Shown: piece after piece, positions 1-9,441 of the stretch
Position numbering within the stretch: the stretch's first letter is position 1
Layout of the letters: each line of letters begins with the position of its first letter
Source: Candidatus Latescibacterota bacterium
Lineage (GTDB): Bacteria > Latescibacterota > UBA2968
DNA: 64,000 nt
Direction: 5' to 3'
NCBI GenBank assembly: GCA_965204745.1
Contig: OZ242010.1
Location: 64,001-128,000, forward strand
Program-made: the position numbers and the translations under genes
Notes under the pieces: generated by a model
Database searches by the model: none
What the model was told of the DNA's origin: nothing
The model's input: only the letters and a program-made list of their open reading frames with translations

Positions 1-345
1 TCGGGATATTGCATTCCCAATGACGCCGCAGAGTTCAAGGGCAAGCCGGATAGGGCGTCCGAACCGGACTCGGCCTATCTCCAGCAGATCCCCCGCAAGA
101 TGCACGCGCACACAGTGAACGAGGCGTGGCGGGCCGTAGTGATGCGAGACGGGTGGAAATACGCCTGCACGCCGGGCAATGACTGGCTGCTTTTTAATAC
201 GGCTGACGATCCCTACGAACAGGCGAATTACGTGTATAACAAGGCGTTTGAAAAAGAGAAAGCGCGTTGCCACCAACGCCTCGCGCAGTGGATTGAAGAC
301 ACGGGCGACGATTTTGCGTTGCCGGATATTGGGTTGGATGAATAG
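1..345 (+). CDS. Sulfatase family protein, C-terminal fragment (runs off the window start)
   Basis: Frame open from base 1; the C-terminal pattern WRAVV.RDGWKY...LFN...DPYEQAN is typical of arylsulfatase ends. Confidence 0.7.
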   Translation, partial: SGYCIPNDAAEFKGKPDRASEPDSAYLQQIPRKMHAHTVNEAWRAVVMRDGWKYACTPGNDWLLFNTADDPYEQANYVYNKAFEKEKARCHQRLAQWIEDTGDDFALPDIGLDE

Positions 346-468
346 AAGAATCATCGGACCCGGGGGACAACTGCGTGGCAGTTCATCGTAGAGTCAGACG
401 AGGTTCCTTTGCAACCATCCGCCAAGTCGATCACGGATGGATGGCGCGGCTCCTGCACTCGCCCAGAG

Positions 469-504
469 AAAAGGCCAGTTCCCGATAGTGGAAACTGGCC
501 TTTT
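469..504 (+). terminator. Intrinsic terminator-like hairpin, possibly bidirectional
   Basis: AAAAGGCCAGTT-CCCGATAGTGGA-AACTGGCCTTTT inverted repeat downstream of the sulfatase. Confidence 0.6.
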
Positions 505-587
505 GTTCGTAAAAAAAATCCATGTGACAAATGGGGGTTTTTTGTTATTTTTTTGCGACCCTTTCCACCCAAACAGGAGATTGACAA

Positions 588-1076
588 ATGAGATACCTCA
601 TCCCGCTGTTATTCGCGTTTGCATGGCTACCTACCGCCGATGCCCAAACGGCAAAACCGAGCGGCAGTTTGGAAGGCAGAGTGGGTAGATTAGAAGGAAT
701 TGTCGAGCAGATTGACAAGCGGCTGACCAATATCGAGCAGGATCAACGCGAGATCTTAAAGCGCATGGAGGCCATGAGCAGTGAAATAAATACCATGAGA
801 GGGGAAATGAATATCATGAGCAAGGAAATAAATCTCATGAGCGGTGAAATAAATACGATAAAAAGAGATATGGTCACCATGAGAAGCGAGTTGTCGAGCG
901 AAATTAGCACCACCTTTCGGTGGCTTGTCGGGATCATCGTCACGCTTTTTCTCGGCAATGTGGGGGTGAACTGGTATTGGAACAGAAAGAACTCACCAAC
1001 CGAAGCCCCCGGTCCTGTTCCGCGTAGAGAGGAAAGTCGTCCTGCCGCCCGTCCTTCCCTTGTTGACCAACCCTAG
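588..1076 (+). CDS. Exported coiled-coil protein with a C-terminal membrane anchor
   Basis: Signal peptide MRYLIPLLFAFAWLPTADA; heptad run MSSEINT/MRGEMNI/MSKEINL/MSGEINT; TM segment WLVGIIVTLFLGNVGV; AGGAG upstream. Confidence 0.75.
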   Translation: MRYLIPLLFAFAWLPTADAQTAKPSGSLEGRVGRLEGIVEQIDKRLTNIEQDQREILKRMEAMSSEINTMRGEMNIMSKEINLMSGEINTIKRDMVTMRSELSSEISTTFRWLVGIIVTLFLGNVGVNWYWNRKNSPTEAPGPVPRREESRPAARPSLVDQP

Positions 1077-1190
1077 TGGAGACGCAAGACGGGAGACGGG
1101 AGAAGCAAGAGGGAAAGGGCAGTTCCCGCCATTCGTAAAAAAAAATAAACACATCACGAGCGGAGCCTGCAACGCATAATGTTGTGATTC

Positions 1191-2069
1191 TCATCGCGAT
1201 GTGTTGACGATAGTGATGCCGATGCCCACGAGCGCGAGGCTGAAGAGGATGCCGGGGGAGATGGGATCGCCGAGGAGGAGGTTGCTGATGATGACGCCGA
1301 CAATGGGGGTGATGAATCCGAAGACGGCGAGGCGGCTGGCTGAATGGCGTTGCAACAGGTTGGTCAACAGGATGAAGCAAAAGCCCGCGACGACAAAGCC
1401 TTGATAAAAGACCGCGCCGAGGACGCGGAGATCGAGTTGAATGAGCTGCGTTTCAAAAAGCGCGCTGAGGGCGAAAAACAGGGGCAAACTGGGTGCGGAT
1501 TGCCAGATGAGGACTTTTCCCGGGTGCATGTTTTGGGTGAGCCGCTTGAGATAGACTTGGCGTGCGCCGAGCAGAGACGCGCTGGCGAGCACGAGGACGT
1601 CGCCCAAGAGGTGTTGAAATTCGTTGAGCGCGAGGCTTTCGGCAAAGATGAGCACCACGCCGAGGAAAGACAGGATCATGCCGATCATTTTGCGCGTGCT
1701 GATTTTGTCCCCCGGGATAAAGAGGTGGGCGAACAGGGCGGTGAAGAAGGGATAGGCCGAGATGAAGATGGTGGAGCGGCTGGCCAGGGTGTACGCGGTG
1801 CCCATGTTGAGCAAGTAGATTTGCGTAAAAAAAATCACGATGAGGCCGAGGACGCCGCGCTGTTCGTCGCGTTTGAGTTTCAGGTCGAGGTCGAGGGGCC
1901 GCGTCCAAAGATAGACGACGATCCCGCCGAGCAAAAAGCGCACGCCCGCAAGGCACAGCGGCGGGATGCCTGCCAAGCCGAGTTTGATGGACGCGGAATT
2001 TCCGCCCCAGAGGATTGCCGTGAGGAGGTTGAGGAGGGTGGCGCGGGTGTCGAGGCGATCATTTTGCAC
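1191..2069 (-). CDS. DMT/EamA family transporter
   Basis: About 10 hydrophobic helices in two EamA repeats (ILWGGN, PFFTALFAH); GTG start at 2069 chosen over the ORF-track start. Confidence 0.85.
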   Translation of the reverse strand: MQNDRLDTRATLLNLLTAILWGGNSASIKLGLAGIPPLCLAGVRFLLGGIVVYLWTRPLDLDLKLKRDEQRGVLGLIVIFFTQIYLLNMGTAYTLASRSTIFISAYPFFTALFAHLFIPGDKISTRKMIGMILSFLGVVLIFAESLALNEFQHLLGDVLVLASASLLGARQVYLKRLTQNMHPGKVLIWQSAPSLPLFFALSALFETQLIQLDLRVLGAVFYQGFVVAGFCFILLTNLLQRHSASRLAVFGFITPIVGVIISNLLLGDPISPGILFSLALVGIGITIVNTSR

Positions 2070-2071
2070 GG

Positions 2072-2626
2072 TTACGCCCCGGATTTGGAATAGGCGCGGA
2101 TGAAGACGACGAGCATGGGGATGACGAGCCAGAGGGGTTGCGCGATGGCCGCGAATGTGCCGAGCACGCCGATCAGCCCGGCGAGGACGAACCCACGACA
2201 TAAGGCCCTGCGTGCGGTAGGCGCGATGCCGGGGATGAGGTCGATCAGGCGACCGGGCAGGCCGCACGGTTGCTCATCGGCGTAATATCCGACAAGGTTG
2301 ACGGCCCAAGAGATGAGGGCGACGGGCATGCTGGATTCGGAGGATAAAATGTTCAAGTCGACGCCGAAGTCGCGCAAGTGCATGTGCAAGCACACGAGAT
2401 ACGCCCCATCGCGCAGGGGCCTCAACAAGCCCACTTCGTCGAGTTGGGCACTGCGCCGCTGTTCGGCATGCGCGATGAGTTGAAAAAATGCGTAGAGCAT
2501 GACAATGGCGATGGGATACTTAAAGACCACATAAGGTATCGCGTAGTGCAGGCGGTCGTAAGCGAGCAATGCGGTGCTGCCCGTGATCAAAAAAGCGGCG
2601 AGGGGAATGGCGTTTTGTTTGAGCAT
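2072..2626 (-). CDS. Hypothetical membrane protein
   Basis: Hydrophobic ORF from MLKQNAIPL; the upstream ORF extension is only heptamer repeat translation. Confidence 0.6.
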   Translation of the reverse strand: MLKQNAIPLAAFLITGSTALLAYDRLHYAIPYVVFKYPIAIVMLYAFFQLIAHAEQRRSAQLDEVGLLRPLRDGAYLVCLHMHLRDFGVDLNILSSESSMPVALISWAVNLVGYYADEQPCGLPGRLIDLIPGIAPTARRALCRGFVLAGLIGVLGTFAAIAQPLWLVIPMLVVFIRAYSKSGA

Positions 2627-2634
2627 AGCGGAAA

Positions 2635-2792
2635 AGGTGAGGCGTAAGAGGTAAGAGGTAAGAGGTGAGAGGCGAGAGGCGAGAGGTAAGAGGCGAGAGG
2701 CGAGAGGCGAGAGGCAAGAGGTAAGAGGTAAGAGGTAAGAGGCAAGAGGGGAGAGGGGTGGTCTTCTCACGTCTTGCCTCTCACCTCTCACC
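2635..2792. repeat. G(T/C)(A/G)AGAG heptamer tandem repeat followed by a short reverse-complement arm
   Basis: GTAAGAG/GCGAGAG/GCAAGAG units at 2635-2758, then TCTCACGTCTTGCCTCTCACCTCTCACC at 2765-2792. Confidence 0.9.
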
Positions 2793-2829
2793 TTTTTGGG
2801 CGATGCCTTCGTGTTCGCCCGAAGCAATA

Positions 2830-2901
2830 GTCAGGGGTCAGTCCTCGCCTAAGCCGCTCCAAGCGGTCAGGGGTCAGTCCTCGCCCAAGCCGCCCCGAGC
2901 G
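2830..2901. repeat. 36-bp direct tandem duplication
   Basis: GTCAGGGGTCAGTCCTCGCCYAAGCCGC occurs at 2830 and 2866. Confidence 0.85.
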
Positions 2902-2926
2902 ATTTGTTTGCTGACTGCTGATTCTG

Positions 2927-2955
2927 ATTATATCGCGTTGTGTCGGTGTTGTCAA
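2927..2955 (-). promoter_or_regulatory. Consensus sigma70 promoter
   Basis: Minus strand TTGACA-N17-TATAAT, pointing toward the genes starting at 2626 and 2069. Confidence 0.7.
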
Positions 2956-2969
2956 GGATGGAGGTCGTT

Positions 2970-4472
2970 TTGAAACAGTGGATTTTGTGTTTTGCGTTGG
3001 GGATGGCGTTTGTGCAGGTCGCGGAGGCGCGGGATTTTTTGAAGGAGATCGAGGCGCGTTATGCCGAAGGCGAGGTCGAGGACGCGCTCGCGGTGGCGAA
3101 AGCCTTTGCCGAAGCGCATGCGGATAGCATTTCTGCACACGGGTTTTTGGGCACGCTGTACGCAGAGACCGGGCAGTTGGACGCGGCTGTGACCGCGTTT
3201 CAAAAGGTGATCGCGCTGAAGCCGAGTTCTGTGCGCGGGTATCGCGATCTCGCGGTGGTGTTCGCGCAGCAGGGCGAGTTTTCACAGGCGTTTGACGCGC
3301 TGGGGCAGGGCATCGAGCAGAGCGAAGAACCGGTGCTGCTCTTGGTAGAACGCGCGTCGCTCAACCGGGATTTGGGCAAGCGCGAGGAGGCGATAGCCGA
3401 TTTTGAAGCGGCGATCAACCGCCGCCCGAATTTTATCGAAGCGTATCAAACGCTGGCACTGACCCATATCGCGTTTGGCGATACGCTCGCGGCGATAGCG
3501 GTGATGGACCGCGGGCTTGGGGCGAATCCGGACAACGTGATGTTGATGGTCAATCGAGGCGGGATTTTCCACGCCTTGGGCAGGACGCGAGACGCGCTCG
3601 CGGCGTATCGACAGGCCATTGCGACCGCGCCGGAAGACCCATCGGCCCATCGCGCGCTCGGGTTTATGGCCGCAGAGGTCGATTCGTTGGCGATAGCACA
3701 GGCCGCCTGGGAAAAGGCGCGCGAGCTCTCGCCCGATGATCTCGAGGTGCGAGACGCACTCGCGCAACTCTACGCGGCCCGGGGAAATTTTGACGCGAGT
3801 ATCGGCGAGATGCTCGGCATTTTGGAACGCGCCCCAGACGCACATCCAGTGCGTTTTCGCTTGGCCGAGGTCTATGTGGCAAAACGAGAGGTGGCACAGG
3901 CCAAGGGCGTGTTGGCGGACTGCATAGCGCGTTCTCCAGCTTGGATCGCGCCCTACAAGCGGTTGGCCTTGCTGTATTTGGGCGAAAACGCGGTCGATTC
4001 TGCCGGGGCGATTTACCACAAGGCGTTGGAGATCGATCCCAAAGATGCCGAGGTTCACAACAATTTGGGATATATTTATTCGTCTCAGGGCGATTTGGAC
4101 AAGGCGCGGCAGGCGTACGAAACCGCGATGGTCGAAAGCCAAGACCCCAATACCCTGCGAGACGCACAGGGCAATTTGGATATCATCAAGTCCATCCAAG
4201 CGGGCGAGATGCGCGTGCGCCACATCTTGGTGAAGACGGAGATCGAGGCGCAGGAGATTTTGAACAAGCTCAAAGCCGGCGAGGATTTCGCCACGCTGGC
4301 CCGCACGTATTCTATCGATCCGTCCAAGAAAAACGGGGGCAGCACGGGGTTTTTCTCCCAAGGCGATTTCCACCCGGATTTTGAGGCCGTGGTGATGAAA
4401 CTCAAACCCAATGAGATCAGCGACATTGTCAAAACCCCGCTGGGCTATCATGTGATTCTGCGGGTTAACTGA
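2970..4472 (+). CDS. TPR-repeat protein with a C-terminal parvulin (PpiC) peptidyl-prolyl isomerase domain
   Basis: Signal peptide, many TPR helices, VRHILV...F..LA..YS.D..K.NGG..G.F....PDFE...VKTPLGYHVI; GGAGG before the TTG at 2970. Confidence 0.9.
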   Translation: MKQWILCFALGMAFVQVAEARDFLKEIEARYAEGEVEDALAVAKAFAEAHADSISAHGFLGTLYAETGQLDAAVTAFQKVIALKPSSVRGYRDLAVVFAQQGEFSQAFDALGQGIEQSEEPVLLLVERASLNRDLGKREEAIADFEAAINRRPNFIEAYQTLALTHIAFGDTLAAIAVMDRGLGANPDNVMLMVNRGGIFHALGRTRDALAAYRQAIATAPEDPSAHRALGFMAAEVDSLAIAQAAWEKARELSPDDLEVRDALAQLYAARGNFDASIGEMLGILERAPDAHPVRFRLAEVYVAKREVAQAKGVLADCIARSPAWIAPYKRLALLYLGENAVDSAGAIYHKALEIDPKDAEVHNNLGYIYSSQGDLDKARQAYETAMVESQDPNTLRDAQGNLDIIKSIQAGEMRVRHILVKTEIEAQEILNKLKAGEDFATLARTYSIDPSKKNGGSTGFFSQGDFHPDFEAVVMKLKPNEISDIVKTPLGYHVILRVN

Positions 4473-4500
4473 TGGAGGTCGGCTCAACGCCGATTGCCGA

Positions 4501-5328
4501 GTGCTTTTGTCCACTTACTTCCAAATATCGACTGTTCTGCGGCGGACGCGGGTCGAGCGCGTGTCCGCCCAATTGTTTGAACTGGGTTGTCGTGGTATCG
4601 CAGAGGAGGACGTGGGCGATGAGGCGGTTCGGATCATCGCCTATTTTGAGGCCGCGCGAGATCGAGACCCCGTGTTGCGGGTTCTCAAGTCCTGCGACTG
4701 CCGGGTCGAGGCGGTGCCAGATGAGGATTGGACGACCGCGTGGCGTGCGTTTTTCCAGCCCGTTTATCCGACCCCGCGCATCGCGGTTTGCCCGCCGTGG
4801 CAGCGCGTGCCCGATCCCCCGGGCGGTTTTGCCATTGCGATTGAGCCGCAGATGGCTTTTGGCACTGGGCATCACGAAACGACGCGCTTGGCCCTGGTGG
4901 GATTGGACGCCCGGATCGCGCCCCGGGACAGGGTGCTAGATGTGGGAACCGGGTCCGGGATTTTGGGTATTGCAGCCGCGAAGTTGGGCGCGGCAGAAGT
5001 TGTGGCGGTGGATGTTGACGCAACAGCGGTTGAGAATGCCCGCGCCAACTGCGTTTTGAACGATGTGGGCGCGCAGGTGAGGGTGGCGCAGCAGACGGTG
5101 GATGCGGTGAGCGGGGTGTTCGACGTGGTGGTCGCCAATATTATCAGCAGCATTTTGTTGCCGATGATACCGCGATTGGCAAAGCGACTGGATGGATGCG
5201 CGATTTTGGGCGGGATTCTGGCCCGCGAGCGCGAGCCGTTTTGCGCCGCGCTCCACGAGGCCGGCTTAGCAGTGGATGAGATGCTCGAAGAAGGCGACTG
5301 GATCTGCGCGATTGCCCGCAGAGAATAG
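4501..5328 (+). CDS. prmA: Ribosomal protein L11 methyltransferase
   Basis: IEPQMAFGTGHHETT, VLDVGTGSGIL, VVVANI motifs. Confidence 0.9.
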   Translation: MLLSTYFQISTVLRRTRVERVSAQLFELGCRGIAEEDVGDEAVRIIAYFEAARDRDPVLRVLKSCDCRVEAVPDEDWTTAWRAFFQPVYPTPRIAVCPPWQRVPDPPGGFAIAIEPQMAFGTGHHETTRLALVGLDARIAPRDRVLDVGTGSGILGIAAAKLGAAEVVAVDVDATAVENARANCVLNDVGAQVRVAQQTVDAVSGVFDVVVANIISSILLPMIPRLAKRLDGCAILGGILAREREPFCAALHEAGLAVDEMLEEGDWICAIARRE

Positions 5329-5337
5329 GGGATGGCG

Positions 5338-6726
5338 ATGAGCGAAACGGTTAAACAACGCATCCGCGATTTTTTGGCACACCACGACGCGGGCGTGCGC
5401 GCCGAGGTGCTGGCTTATGAGGCCCTGGGCTTGCGCGGCGCAGTCGGCGCCATCGCTGACCGGGTGGTGCGCGCAGCAGTCGCGGGGGATCCCGGTTTTG
5501 TGTGCGACAGCGGGGGGATGTGGTACCTAAAATCGTCCGTGCGCGAGACCGCCCTGCGGGAGATTTCTTTTGTGTGCGTTGGGCTCGTCCCATCCGCCGA
5601 TGCAGAGGTGCATGCGCTGGCCGGGCGCAAGGTGCAGGTGGATGGGCGCGAGGCCCTGTTTCCCCCGGTGCGGATTCGCCTGGGCGAGCGTGCCGAGACG
5701 TGGGTTTCTTATGCGGAATTTGCCAAGGACGCGGTGCTGGTGGGATTTCAATGGCCCAAGGTTCAGCGGGCTGTGAACGGGTTGAGCCGCGCGGCAATGG
5801 GCGAGGCAATCGCCGAGTCGGGGATTTGTCTGTTTCGGCTGGGCCGGCGGTTTTATCCGGAGGTCAACTTGCATGGGGTTGAAGACTTGGCTGTTGCGAT
5901 GGGCCTGTCTTTTGTGGCGGATCGGGGCGCCGAAGGGGAAGCGAGTTTGCAAGCCGATGTTTTGCTACACTTATTGGGGCAGTGCGCGTCTGCGGGGATT
6001 CAGACCCTCGAGGCGCTGACCGCGGTGCTGTATCCGGACCCGGTTCCCGTGCGTTTTGATGCGTATGCGTTTGACGAGGCGTTTTTGAGCGCGTTGCCCG
6101 CATCGCCCGGGGTGTACATCATGCGCGACCGCGAGGGCCGGGCGATTTACGTGGGCAAGGCGGTGAATTTGCGGACGCGCGTGGGCAGTTATTTTGCCAA
6201 CCGGGCGGAGCGCCCGGAAAAGACCCGGCGCATTTTGGACAGAATCTGGTCGATGGAAGTGGAGACGGTCGGCTCTGAACTCGAGGCCCTGTTGCTCGAA
6301 TCCAAACTGATCGCCCTGTGCCAGCCCGAGTTTAACACCCAGGTTGACGTTCACATCCGAGAGATGGATTTGGGCGCGAACAATCAAGTGTTGATTCTGC
6401 CATCGTCCGAGCCGGAATGCGTGGAGTTGTTCTGCATTGCAGATGGCACGTCATTCCAGCAGGTGCGCGCACGCAAAGACCTGCGCGATTGGGAGGCCGC
6501 ACAACGCGGCTTGTACCAACTTTATTTTGACGCACACGTCGAACCGGATCTCGAAACGGGCGCGCCTTTTGAGATTTTGAAAAGCTGGCTCGTCGCAAAA
6601 CGCGACTCGGTAAATTGGGTGGATATGGACAGCACGGGCAGTGCGGACAACGCGCTGCGGATCGTCAGCGAATACGTACAACACTGCGAAGGCGAGGCGT
6701 GGGAAAAAATTTCGTGGCGGGTGTGA
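5338..6726 (+). CDS. Degenerate DnaQ-like domain fused to a UvrC/Cho-type GIY-YIG nuclease
   Basis: LPASPGVYIM...IYVGKAVNLRTRVGSYF...ELEALLLESKLI...PEFN; the N-terminal half follows the DEDDh exonuclease layout without the acidic motifs. Confidence 0.75.
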   Translation: MSETVKQRIRDFLAHHDAGVRAEVLAYEALGLRGAVGAIADRVVRAAVAGDPGFVCDSGGMWYLKSSVRETALREISFVCVGLVPSADAEVHALAGRKVQVDGREALFPPVRIRLGERAETWVSYAEFAKDAVLVGFQWPKVQRAVNGLSRAAMGEAIAESGICLFRLGRRFYPEVNLHGVEDLAVAMGLSFVADRGAEGEASLQADVLLHLLGQCASAGIQTLEALTAVLYPDPVPVRFDAYAFDEAFLSALPASPGVYIMRDREGRAIYVGKAVNLRTRVGSYFANRAERPEKTRRILDRIWSMEVETVGSELEALLLESKLIALCQPEFNTQVDVHIREMDLGANNQVLILPSSEPECVELFCIADGTSFQQVRARKDLRDWEAAQRGLYQLYFDAHVEPDLETGAPFEILKSWLVAKRDSVNWVDMDSTGSADNALRIVSEYVQHCEGEAWEKISWRV

Positions 6727-6810
6727 AGAAAGGGCAGAGTCTCGAAACGCATGGATAGTTTTAGTGAGGCGTTTAAGTGGTTTGAAAGTCTCAAAGCCAA
6801 AGCCGCGTGA

Positions 6811-7869
6811 TTACTTTAACCCGTGGCCAGTGAGGGGGGCGACGATGATCTCGTCAGTTTGAGCTGGATATTTCATAGACGCTACAATGGCCGTGGCCGA
6901 GGTGGGTTCGATGTAAAAGCCCATCTCGGCCATCTGTTTTTGGGCGCGGCGCGTTTCATCGTCTTCGACTGTGAGGATGTGGCCCCCGGTTTCGCGGATG
7001 CACTGGCGCATCTGTGCGGCGCGGGCGGGTTCGGCAATGGCAATGCCTTCGGCGATGGTCTCGAACGGGTTGCCGGACCAGTTGGGCGTCAGCGGGGCGC
7101 AATGGGCGGATTGAACCGCGATGAGTTTGGGCAGGCGGTCGATCAGGTTTTGCCTGAGCAGATCTGCAAATCCGATGTACGCGCCGATGAGCAACGTGCC
7201 ATTGCCGGTTGGGATGATGAGGGTGTCGGGTGCGTTGAACCCGCGTTGTTCCCAAATTTCGTACGCAAGGGTTTTGGTGCCGTGAAAGAAAAAGGGATTC
7301 CAAACGTGGCTGGCGTAAAAGTGCGTTCGCGCCGCGCTTTGAACGGCCCGCGCCGTGGCTTCGCGTGAGCCGGGGATTTTGTAAAGCCGCGCCCCATAGC
7401 TCTGAATTTGCGCGAGTTTTGCCGGCGACGTGCTATCGGGAACGTAGATGTCGCAGGCAATGCCCGCCCGCGCTGCATAAGCCGCGATTGCCGCGCCCGC
7501 ATTGCCCGATGAATCTTCGACCATGTGCTGAATGCCCAACGCCTTTGCATGGCTGACCAAAACAGTCGCGCCGCGATCCTTGTAAGATCCAGACGGGAAA
7601 AGGTGATCCTGCTTGACGAGGAGGGATTTGCCCGCGATAGTGATGGGCGTCAATGGGGTGAACCCCTCGCCAAAGCTGACGATATGGGCATCGTCCGCAA
7701 TGGGCATCGCCTCTCGGTAACGCCACAGCGTAGGCGGCCGGTCAGCAAGCGCGTCGACGCGCAGTTCGCCTTCAAAGACGAGATCAAAAAAACCCCCACA
7801 AGCGCAGTGCCATTGTAAGGTGTTGGGGGCGTGGGTCGTTCCGCAGAGTTGGCAGGTTAAGTGGGGCAT
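6811..7869 (-). CDS. thrC: Threonine synthase-like PLP enzyme
   Basis: CxxC...CxCGG, LWRY, SFGEGFTPL, PSGSYKDRG, SSGNAG, TGHGLK. Confidence 0.8.
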   Translation of the reverse strand: MPHLTCQLCGTTHAPNTLQWHCACGGFFDLVFEGELRVDALADRPPTLWRYREAMPIADDAHIVSFGEGFTPLTPITIAGKSLLVKQDHLFPSGSYKDRGATVLVSHAKALGIQHMVEDSSGNAGAAIAAYAARAGIACDIYVPDSTSPAKLAQIQSYGARLYKIPGSREATARAVQSAARTHFYASHVWNPFFFHGTKTLAYEIWEQRGFNAPDTLIIPTGNGTLLIGAYIGFADLLRQNLIDRLPKLIAVQSAHCAPLTPNWSGNPFETIAEGIAIAEPARAAQMRQCIRETGGHILTVEDDETRRAQKQMAEMGFYIEPTSATAIVASMKYPAQTDEIIVAPLTGHGLK

Positions 7870-7876
7870 GGTGAAT

Positions 7877-7990
7877 AAGAGGGGAGAGGTAAGAGGTAAG
7901 AGGCAAGAGGTAAGAGGTAAGAGGCAAGAGGCAAGAGGCAAGAGGCGAGAGGCGAGAAGTAAGAGGCGAGAAGTAAGAGGTAAGAGACGA
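7877..7990. repeat. GTAAGAG/GCAAGAG heptamer tandem repeat
   Basis: Direct reading of the sequence. Confidence 0.9.
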
Positions 7991-8034
7991 GGATAGAAAT
8001 GTAGGGGCGATGCCGCCCGAAAATGCAAGATACA

Positions 8035-8149
8035 AGATGGAATTAGCCACAAAAACACAAAAGGCACGAGCGGGGTACAACTGGCGCCAGCCAGTTCAAA
8101 GGCGAGCCGTGTGTAGGGGCGATGCCCCTGTGCTCGCCCGAAGATACAA
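8035..8149. repeat. Dispersed ~110-bp repeat, copy 1 (REP/MITE-like)
   Basis: AGATGGAA..TTAGCCACAAAA..CACAAAAGGCACGAGCGGGGTACAACTGGCG..AGCC.GTTCAAAGGC...AAGATACAAG recurs at 24558-24665. Confidence 0.8.
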
Positions 8150-8243
8150 GGAAGGGGGGCTAGGGAGTAGGTCAAAATAAAAAGACAAGGCTAAACTCCC
8201 ATCTCATATCTTCGGGCAGGCCCGAGGGTTGCTCCCCTACGTT

Positions 8244-9350
8244 TCATCCGCGTTCATCGGTGGTTGCTTTTCCCGGTAGTTTAGCGATGTACTGATACCC
8301 CGGCTCCCGTGCCTGTCGCTCCAATATCTCGGCGATTTGTTTCCACGTTTCGCGCAGGCCGCGTGGGCAATCGGGCATCTCGTGTTTGATCAGCCTGTGC
8401 AGGCGACCAAGTTTATAGCACGGTACCGCGGCGTACATGTGGTGTTCGGTGTGGTAATTCATGTGCCAATAGAGAAACTGGAGCAGGGGATTGAGGTAGA
8501 TCGTGCGGCAACAGAGGCGAAAGTCCGGTACCCTGTCTTGCAAGCCGACGTGTTGCGAGGAATTGCAGAGAAAGTGCAACCAGGACCCGAACACCTTGGG
8601 AAATGTGATGACCAGCGGGACGATCCAATACCCAAACGCCACAGCTGCGCCCGCGATTGACACATGCCCGATCAGCAAGACGCGCTCCCACCGCGTGTAC
8701 GCGCGCCGCCGTTCTGGATCGCTTTCCGGAAAGAGCATCCCGATCCAGGAATTTTTCGCGTTGATATACCCCGTAAAGTTCCGAACCTTCTCCTTGAGCA
8801 GGGTATAGGGATACTTGTAATTCACAATGCCCCGCTTCCAAAGTCCCTTGAGGTCGATCTTTTGTGGCAAGACCACTTCCCGATCATCGGGCGCGTGCAA
8901 GGTGTATTTGTGATGCTCGGTGTGGCTCGCCCAAAACAGATGGTGATTGTGCCAGCCCAAAAAGGACAGAATCCGCAGGAAAAAGCGATTGAGCCACCGG
9001 GTTTTGAAGACCGAATCGTGTACCAATTCGTGAAAGCCATTGACCGAAAAATGCCAGAAGTGACCGTTGACAAAGACCAGCAACGCGGTGACGTACCACG
9101 GCCAATGGCGCGATGCGTATATGGTCGCGCCCGCACCAGCCGCCAACACCCCCAAGAACCCGAGTGTCTGCGCGAAGCCCAAGAAATCGCTGCGCTTGTT
9201 GAGTTCGCGCAAGGTCTCGCGGGTGACGCGGCAGCGATACCACCTGATTCGCGTCTTCTTCTGCGGCGCGTTGTACTTCGGCCACTCGGTCAACACATCC
9301 CGATCCGAAAGCGCGCCCTGCTCAACCACATGGTCTGTTTGTGCGTTCAT
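8244..9350 (-). CDS. Fatty acid desaturase family protein
   Basis: His boxes HELVH, HTEHH, YHTEHH; TM segments. Confidence 0.85.
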   Translation of the reverse strand: MNAQTDHVVEQGALSDRDVLTEWPKYNAPQKKTRIRWYRCRVTRETLRELNKRSDFLGFAQTLGFLGVLAAGAGATIYASRHWPWYVTALLVFVNGHFWHFSVNGFHELVHDSVFKTRWLNRFFLRILSFLGWHNHHLFWASHTEHHKYTLHAPDDREVVLPQKIDLKGLWKRGIVNYKYPYTLLKEKVRNFTGYINAKNSWIGMLFPESDPERRRAYTRWERVLLIGHVSIAGAAVAFGYWIVPLVITFPKVFGSWLHFLCNSSQHVGLQDRVPDFRLCCRTIYLNPLLQFLYWHMNYHTEHHMYAAVPCYKLGRLHRLIKHEMPDCPRGLRETWKQIAEILERQAREPGYQYIAKLPGKATTDERG

Positions 9351-9441
9351 CTCGTTGCTCCATATACTCCCCGAAACGGCCGGGGAGAGGTTCTGCCGCC
9401 TTGCCTCTTTGGGCGAGCACGGGGACATCGCCACTCGCATC

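Noticed and set aside
2627-2827. N-terminal LTSYLLPLASRLSP extensions on ORFs 2072-2827, 6811-8175 and 9442-10674
   Set aside because: They are translations of intergenic heptamer repeats; family homology starts at downstream codons
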